DNA of 64,000 bases from Candidatus Marinacidobacterales bacterium (GTDB lineage: Bacteria; Acidobacteriota; Vicinamibacteria; Marinacidobacterales; SMYC01), in contig OZ250169.1 of the NCBI GenBank assembly GCA_965237955.1, positions 96,001 through 160,000 on the forward strand, given 5' to 3'. The position numbers and the translations under genes are program-made. Below the pieces are notes generated by a model, which worked only from the letters and a program-made list of their open reading frames with translations, was not told the origin of the DNA and made no database searches. Shown here piece by piece: positions 1 to 10,148 of the stretch (positions within the stretch are counted from its first letter, which is position 1; each line of letters begins with the position of its first letter).

Positions 1-2034
1 GTCGTTCGTCACCTCATGCTCGAGCTTGATGTGAAACGAATCTATCCAGGAATTTGTCAAGTTGGGATCGACGATGTTCTCTATATCGCTAAAAGAGGGG
101 TTCAAGACACTCCCGATACGCCTTCCCTGCTCCCCGTCCTGGAATACGAGGTCACCATTCAGGTCGTTCCATTCGTACCTTTCGCTTCCTCCGATATCGG
201 GTACGGCGACGGAGAGGTCCTGGGTGGCCATCGACTTGTAGAATCGCCCGTAACTGACCTTAATGGAAGTCCTTCGTGCCTCACCCAGCGCATACACCAG
301 ACCCAGGCGCGGCGAGACGTTGCTGAAGTTGAGGAGGTCGTGGGTCTCCGGGAAGGTGGACACGGGGAACCAGCGGCCGCCACCCCGACTCTGCTCGGGA
401 ATCCAGCCTTCCGAGGTCTCCCACCGTAGTCCCAGGTTCAGGGTGAGCCGATCTCCAATCGTCCATTGGTCTTGCGCAAACACTGCATAGCTGGTAATGG
501 CCCGGGCTTGACTTGTAAGCGGCAGGTTCTCCAGGGTAACCCGGTAGGCCGCACCAAAGAGAAGTTGTTGCAGGACGTCTTCCCCACCGGGGTAGACAAA
601 CGACCGGTCGCTGTTAGGGTTGTTATTAGAGAAGCCTACCTTGATCTCGTGTGAGCCACCCGCCATCTCGCGGAAGTGCGAGAGATTAAAGCGATATCCC
701 CACGTACACCGGCACTCCAATTTCCTTACACCCTCGACGAGCCCCCCGAATTCCAGCTGTGTACCTTGGTCCCTATAGCCGACTGTGAAGTTAGGGTTGT
801 TGGGATGCTCATCAGTGCCCGACTTCCAGATCTGGTTGTACTGTGCCTCAAAAATGGTATCTTGGTTCACTAGATGCGTCCATTTGGCGTTGAAGAGGTC
901 CCTGGAATTGATGCCTCTTTTCCAGGTCTCCGGGGCCATGTTGTTCTGAAAACCGCGAATGCCAATCGGAAATGTATTACTGCGATTGCTATAGTAAGAG
1001 CCGCTCAGGAGGCTCGGGCCCACCTGCCCGGTGACCTTCAAGAAGGTCTGTGTCTCACTCCTAACGCGTGGCTGGGTGGGGAGAACGGGTTGTAGAGTGT
1101 CCGTGCTCTGCCGACGGATATTGCCGAAGAACCAGACAGAATCTCGCTTGATCGGTCCCCCAAAAGTTCCGCCGTAGTCCTGGTCCTTGATTGTGCTCGC
1201 TTTTGACCCGAGTTCCTCCTCTAGCTCGGGCGTGAGGTTGCTCGACTCCAAGTCCTCGCCAAGGTAGTAATAGTTGACCGAGCCCGAGAAGTCGTTCCCT
1301 CCTGACTTGGTCACGAAGTTGAAAACCCCACTCACGGCCTGGCCAAACTCCGCGGGAATACCCCCGGTGGTTATCTGGACTTCCTCTATCATGTCTATCG
1401 GGAGATCGGCCACGAACACGTTGTTCGTGGTGTCCATGGCATTCGCTCCGTCGAGGGTGAAATAGTGCTCCCGGGGCCCGCCCCCGTGAACCGATGTCCC
1501 CCCCATGGATTCGTCCTGGACGCCCGGCATCGACTCGATGAGAGCACTAGCACTGCGGTCCAGGGGGATGTTGTCGATGATATTTGTATCCAGCGTGATC
1601 ATCGTCTGCGAGCTCTTGATGTCAACCAGTGGCGTTTCTCCGGTGACGGTAACGGTCTCCTCCACCCCGCCCGGCGACAGTGTCACATTCACCTCGATGG
1701 CCTGCCCTGCAGCCAGTTCCACCTGTCGATTGGTCATCGTTCGAAATCCTGCCAACTCGACCACCACGGTGTAGTTTTTCGACGGCTTCAGCAACCTGAC
1801 ACGGTACGTACCCTGATCGGTCGTGGTTCGAACCTCGGTCGTGAGGTTCTGTGGACTCGAGATCGTCACCGTCGCGCCCGGAACGGCAAGCCCCTGATCG
1901 TCTATGACCTTGCCGTAGATGGTTCCGTCCACCTGCTGCGCGAAGGCCGCCCCGCCGGCCAGCAATAGGGCCAGCGGCACCGCCATCAGGGCGCGCTGTA
2001 ACAGGCTCGCATGAGTCATTGTTTTAAATGTCAT
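1..2034 (-). CDS. TonB-dependent receptor with N-terminal carboxypeptidase regulatory-like domain (runs off window start)
   Basis: ATG at 2034 with GGAGG RBS at 2041-2045. Translation MTFKTMTHASLLQRALMAVPLALLLAGGAAFAQQVDGTIYGKVIDDQGLAVPGATVTISSP..., later GGVEETVTVTGETPLVD and GVFNFVTKSGGN motifs. Clear paralog of the receptor at 21654-26039. Missing from the ORF track because its stop lies outside the window. Confidence 0.9.
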   Translation of the reverse strand, partial: MTFKTMTHASLLQRALMAVPLALLLAGGAAFAQQVDGTIYGKVIDDQGLAVPGATVTISSPQNLTTEVRTTTDQGTYRVRLLKPSKNYTVVVELAGFRTMTNRQVELAAGQAIEVNVTLSPGGVEETVTVTGETPLVDIKSSQTMITLDTNIIDNIPLDRSASALIESMPGVQDESMGGTSVHGGGPREHYFTLDGANAMDTTNNVFVADLPIDMIEEVQITTGGIPAEFGQAVSGVFNFVTKSGGNDFSGSVNYYYLGEDLESSNLTPELEEELGSKASTIKDQDYGGTFGGPIKRDSVWFFGNIRRQSTDTLQPVLPTQPRVRSETQTFLKVTGQVGPSLLSGSYYSNRSNTFPIGIRGFQNNMAPETWKRGINSRDLFNAKWTHLVNQDTIFEAQYNQIWKSGTDEHPNNPNFTVGYRDQGTQLEFGGLVEGVRKLECRCTWGYRFNLSHFREMAGGSHEIKVGFSNNNPNSDRSFVYPGGEDVLQQLLFGAAYRVTLENLPLTSQARAITSYAVFAQDQWTIGDRLTLNLGLRWETSEGWIPEQSRGGGRWFPVSTFPETHDLLNFSNVSPRLGLVYALGEARRTSIKVSYGRFYKSMATQDLSVAVPDIGGSERYEWNDLNGDLVFQDGEQGRRIGSVLNPSFSDIENIVDPNLTNSWIDSFHIKLEHEVTND

Positions 2035-2173
2035 CTTGTACCTCCACCGAATATGTCTTTTGACTTCTGGAATAAGGTTGAGATCGGCTAACTTGCCGCC
2101 CATATTAGCACTTGGGTTTCTGATGCGGATGGTTAGCCCCCTGAGTCCATGGCTGAATAAAATATCCACGTAT

Positions 2174-2189
2174 TGCAAGTTGAATGCCA
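2174..2189 (-). promoter_or_regulatory. sigma54 (-24/-12) promoter of the TonB-dependent receptor
   Basis: Minus strand TGGCATTCAACTTGCA fits TGGCAC-N5-TTGCA with exact GG-N10-GC spacing, about 140 bp upstream of the ATG. Confidence 0.7.
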
Positions 2190-2314
2190 TAGTTAGTACC
2201 GAAAGTCAATCCATAAGTAGCTGGAAATAAGTGGATTAGCAGGCCGACCCATTTTCGAAATGATCCCATGTTCACAAATTTGGTTTTCATCTCGCCGACC
2301 GACGAGTAAGTTCG

Positions 2315-2422
2315 GACCCTCTCGATCAGATAGTCCTCTATCTCACAATAGATTAGAGGGACTAGCGACGGGACGACCCACGATTCAGAATCCTGGATCG
2401 GCAGATTCGGGGGATTGGATCT
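2315..2422. repeat. conserved ~110-bp non-coding element upstream of the TonB receptor (second copy ~26268-26372)
   Basis: Both copies share blocks CTCGATCAGAT, CTATCT.A.AATAGATT.GAGGGACTAGCGAC, TTCAGAAT..TGGATCGGC and TTCGGGGGATTGGAT. Confidence 0.75.
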
Positions 2423-2742
2423 ACTCGCGAGTCGGAAGGTCTCTGACCCGTTACTTTCACCTCGTTCCCCGGGACGGAGCGTCCTTTCCCGGCCACGAGA
2501 CGATCGGCAAGAAAACGATGGCCTACAGTCCGACCGGTCGCCTGGGCGCTGGGATGAATCGCCCGAGCTGGCTCGACCGCTGGCCATCCCTAGGCTGGGC
2601 GGCAGCGAGCTGTCCGAGATTTGAAGATCGGGCCGGAACAGCTCAGGCAAATCGGACCGAAGACAAAGAATGTCAACGCCGGCCGAAAACTGCGCATTCA
2701 TGGCGGATGAAAATTGCACACCCGAGCCATGGGTGGCGAACC

Positions 2743-3526
2743 CTATGACGCCGTCGCCTCCGTGTATTTCCTATGAGATTTAGCCGGCGGGTGAGGTTCG
2801 TCCGAACCCGCCGGATGGAGCGCTCGCCACAGTTCGGAGTGCTCTCTCATGCGGTAACTGTTTCCTCGGATGTTGACGAGGTGGCAGTGGTGCAGAATGC
2901 GGTCGATGAGAGCGGCGGCCATGACTTCGTCGCCAAGGATCTCGCCCCATTCCTCGAAACTTTTGTTAGAGGTGAGCACGGTCGAAGCGCGCTCGTATCG
3001 CCTACTTATGAGCTGGAAAAAAAGCACCGCGCCGGTCTGGGTGACGGATAACTGAGAACCGCGAGTCGACGAGTGAGGCGGCCCGCGTCACGCTGAGCTC
3101 ATCACCTCCCTCGAAGAGGTTGCCGTAATAGACGCGCCGTCCATTCTGGGCAGCGGCGATGGCAAGATGAGTTTTGCCCACACCAGTAGGTCCCAATAAG
3201 ACGACGTTCTCCTTACGTTCAACGAACCCGAGCTCGTGAAGGTTCTCAATCTGCTCGCGTTTGATCGATGGCTGGAACGAAAAATCGAACTCATCGATTG
3301 TTTTGACCGCGGGGAGTCGTGAGGAGCGCATCGCCGCTTGGAGACGACGGTTGTTTCTCAACGTGATCTGCGCTCCAAGAAGGTTCTCGATGGCCTCCGC
3401 CGTTGTGACCGCACCGCCATCGGCATCAGATAGTACGCGGTCGACAGCTTCGAGCGCGCCAGGCATCTTTAGGTCGGCCAGCATCGTACGGATCTGCTCA
3501 CGTCGCGATATTGTGCTCGCCTTCAT
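2743..3526 (-). pseudogene. istB: IstB ATPase, disrupted by a micro-inversion and loss of the Walker B segment
   Basis: Walker A GPTGVGKT in 3002-3526; the C-terminal LFFQLISRRYERASTVLTSNK..LIDRILHH is in another frame (2743-3027); the VDEIGY segment is absent. Confidence 0.85.
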
Positions 3527-4566
3527 TGTCCACCTCCAACGAGCCGCGTGTAGACTTCGAGGGGACGATGCTCGACATCCATCGAAGGCAGTGTGGTTAA
3601 GCAGGCTTTTGGAGTTCTTCTCGCGGGTTGGTTTGGCAGTACAAGAGAGCGATATGGCCGCTCAACGAGCGGTCTCAGAGTGGCCCTTTCATCGCGCGCG
3701 AATCGTTCTATCGGTCGTTCGTTGGTTGTGCGATGGAGTCGGACGTTGGCGACGTCACTCAGCCAACGCTCGAGCTGAGCATCGAGGTCGTCATCGTTGA
3801 TAAAGTGGCGACCGTAGAAGAAGCTTCCTCTCACATAGCGGATTGGCCTTTCCACTTTGCCCTTGGTCTTCGCCCGATACGGGCGACACGCTCTTGTTCG
3901 AAACTCCCAGTGGTGGGCGAAGCGGACGAACTCTGGGTTCTCAACGAGAGGGCCACCTTCCCGGCGGTGATCCTCGACGATGACCGAACGCATCTGGTCA
4001 AAAAGGAGCTCTTTGGGAACTCCTCCAAAAAATAGGAAGGCCTGCTCAAGCCCCGCGAACAACGTCCGCATGTCCTGTCGCTTGAAAAACCGAAGCCATA
4101 GCAGCCTCGAGTATCCGAGCACCACGAGAAGTGCCCACCGACGACCCCATGGCAAACGAAAGTGTGCAAAATCGACCTGAGCTTGGTGGCCTGGTGGGGT
4201 CTCGAAACGCACCAGCGGCTCCGCCGGTGGCTGTGGGCGAATCTGCCGCACGTACTCCTTGACCTGCGTGTAGCCGCCTTCATAGCCCGCGGCACGGATC
4301 TCATCATGCAGGCGTACTGAACTCAGCTCCGGGAACTCGTGCAGGCGCGAATGAAGGATCTCCCGGTACGGGTCGATCCTGCGCTCGATCCGCGGACGCT
4401 TCTTGTAGCGCACCGTTTCCTCGTCCAACTCTCGGTCCAGTTGACCCGTCTTTATCCAGTGGTGGACCGTTCGGCGGCTGATTCCTAGCTTGTCTGCTAG
4501 CGCCGCCTTCTTGATTCCCTGCTCCAAATACTCTCGTAGTAACACTCGTTTCTCCCTTCCGTACAT
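3523..4566 (-). CDS. istA: IS21 transposase IstA
   Basis: N-terminal HTH, then RFETPPGHQAQVDF, LLFDQM and YRAKTKGKVER motifs; ATG at 4566 after GGAGG. Confidence 0.93.
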   Translation of the reverse strand: MYGREKRVLLREYLEQGIKKAALADKLGISRRTVHHWIKTGQLDRELDEETVRYKKRPRIERRIDPYREILHSRLHEFPELSSVRLHDEIRAAGYEGGYTQVKEYVRQIRPQPPAEPLVRFETPPGHQAQVDFAHFRLPWGRRWALLVVLGYSRLLWLRFFKRQDMRTLFAGLEQAFLFFGGVPKELLFDQMRSVIVEDHRREGGPLVENPEFVRFAHHWEFRTRACRPYRAKTKGKVERPIRYVRGSFFYGRHFINDDDLDAQLERWLSDVANVRLHRTTNERPIERFARDERATLRPLVERPYRSLVLPNQPARRTPKACLTTLPSMDVEHRPLEVYTRLVGGGQ

Positions 4567-4724
4567 CGGCGCCTCCACTCCGGAAACGCCATTCTGATTG
4601 AAGGCGCGCCGTCATGTCTGGCACTCCAGACACACGACAACGGCCTCCTTTTACGGATGGCCGAGTGTGCAATTTACGCCCGCCGCTAACAAAGAAGAGC
4701 TATTGATGATTCTAATCATCCCCC

Positions 4725-5684
4725 CTAAATCATGGGCTTATTGATTAGGGTATATATCTCCGGCCGGCGTACTTTGTATGTTGGTAATGATTGTCGAACC
4801 CTATTATTTTCCTCCAAGTCCAGCTCGTAGCTGATCTCCTCCGGCTGGGTTGACGAAGCTTGAATCACAACTTTTCCGGCAGGATGAATCATCGAGCTGA
4901 GACCATAAAATCGTGTCTTTTGATCTTCCACTTCTTCGACGCCCACCCGATTTGCACTACAGACCCACATACAGTTCTCTAAAGCACGAGTCCTGAGCTC
5001 GGGAGTGTACATCTCCTCAGCACTCGCGCCACTGCTCTCGGGAGCCAGAACGTAATCCCCGGGCCTGGGTGCGAGGACAAAAGAACATACCGGGACAAAT
5101 GCTATTTCTGCCCCCTGGAGAGCTATCATCCTGAAACTTTCAGGAAAACGTCTTTCGAAGCAGATAGCGATCCCTATTTTGGCTTTCGGCGTGTCGAATA
5201 CGGGGACACCAGCCCCTTCCTTGAAGTAGGACCTTTCATCATATCGGTTGGGTAGGGTCGGCATATACGGTATATGATTTTTGGCATGACGGAGAACTCT
5301 GGATCCGTCCGGCATAGTGCCTGCTACTATCTCACCGTTGGGTCCGATAACTACCGCACTGTTGTAGTAGATTCCCTCAATAGATGACCTCTCGAACATG
5401 GGAAGAACGATGCAGAGTTCATACTTTTTAGCCTTCTCCCCTACCAATTTTGTGATCGGTCCAGGGATCGGTTCCGCCCAATCAAAATATTTCTGATTTG
5501 AAGGGCCGGCGGGAAAATACTGGGTCGTGGACAACTCGGTAGGCATCAAGAAATCAGGGCGCTCTTTCTCAGCCACCTGGTCAATTTTTTCAAGAAGGGC
5601 TTTTATGTTCTCCTCTTTGCACTCCGTCGCCGGCCCTTGCTGAATCAGAGAAACTTTGACTAATCTGTTGCCGTCAATACCCAT
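4725..5684 (-). CDS. carbon-nitrogen hydrolase (nitrilase superfamily; carbamoylase/ureidopropionase-like)
   Basis: Glu-Lys-Cys triad motifs PTELSTT, AKNHIP and ICFERRFPE, plus YYNSAVV and ANRVG; ATG at 5684 with AGGAGG RBS. Confidence 0.88.
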   Translation of the reverse strand: MGIDGNRLVKVSLIQQGPATECKEENIKALLEKIDQVAEKERPDFLMPTELSTTQYFPAGPSNQKYFDWAEPIPGPITKLVGEKAKKYELCIVLPMFERSSIEGIYYNSAVVIGPNGEIVAGTMPDGSRVLRHAKNHIPYMPTLPNRYDERSYFKEGAGVPVFDTPKAKIGIAICFERRFPESFRMIALQGAEIAFVPVCSFVLAPRPGDYVLAPESSGASAEEMYTPELRTRALENCMWVCSANRVGVEEVEDQKTRFYGLSSMIHPAGKVVIQASSTQPEEISYELDLEENNRVRQSLPTYKVRRPEIYTLINKPMI

Positions 5685-5729
5685 AGAGGGACACCCTCCT
5701 TTTCTTGTTGCCACGCTCAGTTATCATGT

Positions 5730-6485
5730 TCACTGCTCCTCGGGCGGTAATACATCTTCCAACTCTACTTTTCCCAACAGCACGTTCGCAGCAGTCCGAA
5801 TGTGGATTTCTGCCGAAGGAAGCAAAGGCAAACTGGGTACGTGTTCTTGCTGGACTAACAGCTCGATTTCTGTACAACCCAAAATACACGCTTCTGCCCC
5901 CCGCGCTTCGAGCCCACGAATCGCGTTCACCATTTTCGTTCTCGACTCGTCTCGAAACACATTGTGCGATAGTTCTTGACAGATGATCTCATAAATTTCT
6001 TCATGAGTCTGTTCATCTTCTGGCACGGACGCCGTGATACCGTGGAGCATCAAACGTGACTTCAAGTAGTCCTCCTCCATGGTGGGCTTCGTCCCAATCA
6101 GGCCCACTTTCGAGAAGCCTTGCTTTTTCAACTGGGAAGCACAACAGTCAGCAATGTGCAACACTCCAAGTTTTGGAAATTCACGTTTGACTGCTGGTAC
6201 ACAGATGTGACCCGTGTTGGAGGCAATCACCAAAATGTCACAGCCGGCCGCCACAAGGTTACGAACTCCGGTGATGAGGTGTTCCTCAACCTTGGCAAAC
6301 GATTTCAAAGTAAGGTAATGGACATACTCGTCGCAATCGACAGAAACCATGACAATGGACGGGTTGGGGGACATGACATGGCATTTGGGAGTGTTCGCGA
6401 GAACTCTTTCGTTGATGCCCTTGAAGTAATCTAAGCCCGAGACGTAGGAGATTCCTGTCAAAATGCCGAGAGTGGTGGTTGTCAT
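5730..6485 (-). CDS. aspartate/glutamate racemase family protein (YgeA/RacX-like)
   Basis: LGILTGIS, ASNTGH, LHIAD, VGLIGTKPTME and ILGCTEI motifs. Confidence 0.88.
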   Translation of the reverse strand: MTTTTLGILTGISYVSGLDYFKGINERVLANTPKCHVMSPNPSIVMVSVDCDEYVHYLTLKSFAKVEEHLITGVRNLVAAGCDILVIASNTGHICVPAVKREFPKLGVLHIADCCASQLKKQGFSKVGLIGTKPTMEEDYLKSRLMLHGITASVPEDEQTHEEIYEIICQELSHNVFRDESRTKMVNAIRGLEARGAEACILGCTEIELLVQQEHVPSLPLLPSAEIHIRTAANVLLGKVELEDVLPPEEQ

Positions 6486-6569
6486 AACTCCCTCGGTGAG
6501 TTTGAGAAAGGGGTTATCATTGGCCCGTAAATCTAAATTGGAGATTTCAGATCAAGGGATTCTTGGACA

Positions 6570-7889
6570 ATGAACGCAGTGGTTGTTGCTGTTCTACTGA
6601 TGCTTGGCTTGAGCCTGATGCGGGTCAATGTCGTTCTTGCCCTGGTCTTTAGTGCGCTGACCGGTGGAATGATAGGCGGCTTGTCATTGGCTGATACGGT
6701 CAGTGTTTTTGGCAAGGGCTTAGGTGGCAACGCGACCATTGCTTTGAATTATGTCATGTTGGGGGCCTTTGCGGTGGCTATCTCCAAATCTGGGATCACC
6801 GATGTGTTGGCACTCAAAGTTATCTCTAAAATCAAACACGCTGGTGCCGCAGAAATAGTGTGGGTCAAAGCGATTTTATTCGGCGTCATCTTGCTGGCAG
6901 CCGTTTCTTCGCAGAATCTGGTGCCGGTCCATATCGCCTTTATTCCGATTCTGATCCCACCGTTATTACATGTCATGGCGCAACTACGGCTCGATCGGCG
7001 CCTGATCGCCTGCGTGCTGACCTTTGGCTTAACGGCCTCCTATATGCTGCTGCCCATTGGTTTTGGTGGAATATTTTTGAAAGAGCTCCTGCTTGAGAAT
7101 TTAGTGGCTAATGGCTCGACCGTGACCGCCGATCAACTTCCACTGGTGATGGCGATCCCCGTTGGCGGCATGTTTATCGGCTTGCTGGTGGCGATATTTT
7201 TCAGCTACCGTAAACCCCGTGACTATTCTCTTGACGAAATTCTTACCTTGGAGCCCGAAACGCAATCCTTGAATCCGCGGCATATCGGCGTAGCAATATT
7301 GGCGATTGTGGTCGCTTTTGGGCTGCAACTTTATACCGACTCTATCATTGTCGGTTCGCTGGCCGGACTGGTGACTTTTATTCTCGGCTCCGTCATTCGT
7401 CTTAATGAAACCCAAGATGTCTTTACCCGCGGTGTACATATGATGGCAATGATTGGTTTTATTATGATCGCCGCGTCTGGTTTTGCCGAAGTCATGAAAG
7501 CAACCCAGGGCATCGATTCTCTGGTGAGCTCAGTGACCGAGCTTATCGGTAGCAACAAACCGATGGCGGCCATATTGATGTTGCTAACCGGGCTGCTGGT
7601 CACCATGGGCATTGGCTCTTCTTTTTCAACCATTCCCATTATCGCGCCAATTTATGTCCCCATGGCAATGGGATTTGGGTTTTCTCCACTGGCAACGGCA
7701 GCACTGGTCGGAACCGCCGCAGCACTAGGCGATGCCGGCTCCCCTGCCTCTGACTCTACCCTGGGGCCAACCGCTGGCCTTGGCGCCGACGGGCAACACG
7801 ATCACATCTGGGACAGCGTAGTACCAACCTTTCTTCACTATAATATTCCGTTGATCATCTTTGGCACCATTGCGGCGCTGATACTGTAA
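6570..7889 (+). CDS. YuiF-like amino-acid permease (Na+/H+ antiporter family)
   Basis: About 11-12 hydrophobic helices; [14 protein letters not shown] and [25 protein letters not shown] motifs. Confidence 0.85.
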   Translation: MNAVVVAVLLMLGLSLMRVNVVLALVFSALTGGMIGGLSLADTVSVFGKGLGGNATIALNYVMLGAFAVAISKSGITDVLALKVISKIKHAGAAEIVWVKAILFGVILLAAVSSQNLVPVHIAFIPILIPPLLHVMAQLRLDRRLIACVLTFGLTASYMLLPIGFGGIFLKELLLENLVANGSTVTADQLPLVMAIPVGGMFIGLLVAIFFSYRKPRDYSLDEILTLEPETQSLNPRHIGVAILAIVVAFGLQLYTDSIIVGSLAGLVTFILGSVIRLNETQDVFTRGVHMMAMIGFIMIAASGFAEVMKATQGIDSLVSSVTELIGSNKPMAAILMLLTGLLVTMGIGSSFSTIPIIAPIYVPMAMGFGFSPLATAALVGTAAALGDAGSPASDSTLGPTAGLGADGQHDHIWDSVVPTFLHYNIPLIIFGTIAALIL

Positions 7890-7983
7890 GTCGTTCCCGC
7901 CCTAGACATGCCTCGCCGTTGTATGATTTAAACCTCGGATCTCGTAAATTCACTTGCCCGACAATATCAGGGGAGGACGAATC

Positions 7984-10098
7984 ATGATCGGTCGCCGATC
8001 TACTCTCTGGCCGAAAGCCGCATTCCTGAGCAGGTTCGTAGGCGCCCTGGTGGCACTGCTGCTGCTCGGCACTTCACTCCAGTCTGCCCAGGACGTCTTC
8101 ACGCCCTACCACGTGGCTCGTATCCGGACGGTCACGTCGGTGGCCATCTCGCCCGACGGCGCTAGGGTCGCCTATGAGCTGACTGTTCCTCGAAATCCTT
8201 TCGATGAGACGGACGGCCCCGCATGGAGCGAACTTCACGTCGTAGATCGTGCCGGTGAAATCCGTCCCTACGTGACGGGGCAAACCAACCTAAGCGCCGC
8301 AGCCTGGACACCCGACGGGAAGGGCCTCTCTTTTCTGGCCAAACGGAAGGATGACGAGCACCAATCGCTCTATCGGATCGAGCTAAACGGTGGCGAGGCC
8401 CGGCGCATCGTGAGTCACGCCACAGACATTGTTGAATATGTCTGGTCTCCGGACGGTGAGCGAGTCGCCTACCTTGCTACCCAGGCCGATGACCAGGAGA
8501 TCAGAGAGCTCGAAGAAAAGGGGTTCGATCAGATCATTTACGAAGAGGACTGGCGGCCAGTTCGCATCTGGCTCACCCGTCCTGAGGCCCGGGAGGAAGA
8601 CGCACGCTTGGTCGAGCACGAGGGCTCGGCCTCGAGCCTCCACTGGAGCCCGGTGGGATCGAAGCTAGCGGTGACGCTCGCGCCCACGGCTCTCATCGAC
8701 GATCAATACATGCGGCGCAAGCTTCACGTCCTCGACGCCGAGGAAGGCACCGTCCTCGCCCGATTCGACAATCCCGGAAAAATCGGAGAGATCGCTTGGA
8801 GCACGGACGGCAGGCACGTGGCTGCGGTCTCGGGAGCCGACCCGAACGACCCGTTCGCGGGACGGCTCATGGTCGCCTCGTCGAAGGGGGGTGTGCTCAC
8901 CGATATCATGCCGGACTACGACCTCGGGCACGTCAGCGACATCGTCTGGCATGATGCGGAAACGCTCGCTTTCCTCGCCTACGAAGGGGTTCTGAGCTTT
9001 TATGGCCGCGTGAGTCTCGACGGCTCAGGCCTCGAGAAAATCGTTCCGCTCGGTGGACCGGTTCTCCGCCGCCTTTCCCTTTCAGAAGACAGCTCGGCCG
9101 CCGCTTTCCTCGCCGAGAGCCCTAGACATCCGCGAGAGGTCTTTTACATGAAGGGGGGAGATGCCGAGCCTCGACGATTGACGCATAGCAACTCGTGGTT
9201 TTCCCGAATGCGGTTGGCTCGCCAAGAGGTTGTGCGCTTCAAGGCCCGTGACGGTCTCGAGCTCGAGGGACTCTTGATACGGCCGCTCGACGAAGAGGAA
9301 GGTGTCCGCTACCCACTCATCCTCAACGTCCACGGCGGCCCCGACAGCCACTACTCCCACGGCTGGCTAACCTCCTACACTTCACCCGGCCAGATAGCGG
9401 CGGCGCGAGGCTTCGCGATCTTCTATCCCAATTACCGCGGGAGCACGGGCCGCGGCGTTCGTTTCTCCAAGCACGGGCACGCGGATGCAGCGGGCAAGGA
9501 ATTCGACGATCTCGTCGACGCCGTGGATCACCTGATCGGCACGGGGCTGGTCGATGGCGACCGGGTCGGCATCACCGGCAGCTCCTACGGGGGCTACGCG
9601 TCTGCGTGGGGAGCCACCTATTACAGTGATCGCTTCGCCGCCGCCGTCATGTCCGCCGGCATCAGCGACGCCATCTCCAAGGTCGGCACCACCGACATTC
9701 CTTACGAGATGTTCATGGTGCACCACCGCAAATGGCTTTGGGACGACTGGGAATACTTCTTGAAACGCTCGCCCATTTACTACGTGAACCGGGCCCGCAC
9801 GCCGATCCTGATCTTGCACGGCGCAGAGGACCCGCGGGTTCACCCCAGCCAGGCCATGGAGCTCTATCGCCACCTCAAGGTCCAGGGGAAGGTGCCGGTT
9901 AGGCTCGTTCTCTACCGAGGCGAAGGACACGCATACGACCGAGCCGCTTCACGGCTCGACCGCAGCTCAAGGACGCTGCGCTGGTTGGAGCACTACTTGA
10001 AGGGACCTGGAGGCGATCCACCTTCCGTTCGTATCGAATACGAGCGGACGTCCGCGGAAACGGCTCAGGAGCTAGGAATTGCTACCTCCAAATACTGA
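7984..10098 (+). CDS. S9 family serine peptidase (beta-propeller plus alpha/beta-hydrolase), probably secreted
   Basis: Signal peptide, WD40/PD40-like xSPDG repeats, HGGP, PNYRGSTG, nucleophile GSSYGG, HGAEDPRV, EGH; ATG at 7984 after GGAGG. Confidence 0.92.
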   Translation: MIGRRSTLWPKAAFLSRFVGALVALLLLGTSLQSAQDVFTPYHVARIRTVTSVAISPDGARVAYELTVPRNPFDETDGPAWSELHVVDRAGEIRPYVTGQTNLSAAAWTPDGKGLSFLAKRKDDEHQSLYRIELNGGEARRIVSHATDIVEYVWSPDGERVAYLATQADDQEIRELEEKGFDQIIYEEDWRPVRIWLTRPEAREEDARLVEHEGSASSLHWSPVGSKLAVTLAPTALIDDQYMRRKLHVLDAEEGTVLARFDNPGKIGEIAWSTDGRHVAAVSGADPNDPFAGRLMVASSKGGVLTDIMPDYDLGHVSDIVWHDAETLAFLAYEGVLSFYGRVSLDGSGLEKIVPLGGPVLRRLSLSEDSSAAAFLAESPRHPREVFYMKGGDAEPRRLTHSNSWFSRMRLARQEVVRFKARDGLELEGLLIRPLDEEEGVRYPLILNVHGGPDSHYSHGWLTSYTSPGQIAAARGFAIFYPNYRGSTGRGVRFSKHGHADAAGKEFDDLVDAVDHLIGTGLVDGDRVGITGSSYGGYASAWGATYYSDRFAAAVMSAGISDAISKVGTTDIPYEMFMVHHRKWLWDDWEYFLKRSPIYYVNRARTPILILHGAEDPRVHPSQAMELYRHLKVQGKVPVRLVLYRGEGHAYDRAASRLDRSSRTLRWLEHYLKGPGGDPPSVRIEYERTSAETAQELGIATSKY

Positions 10099-10148
10099 CC
10101 GGCCGAAACGTTCGTGAGCACCTGAGTCACGCCGTTGGGCCAGACAAT

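Larger units (their letters stand above)
2671..4691 (-). mobile_element. IS21-family insertion sequence with damaged istB
   Basis: Ends TGTCAACGCC... and ...CGCCGCTAACA (TG...CA), sub-terminal AATTGCACA repeats, 5-bp direct repeat AAGAA at 2666-2670 and 4692-4696, istA-istB content. Confidence 0.9.

Noticed and set aside
2105-2748. ORFs of 204 and 162 aa upstream of the first TonB receptor
   Set aside because: They begin in or cross the IS21 end and promoter region and have no recognisable motifs.
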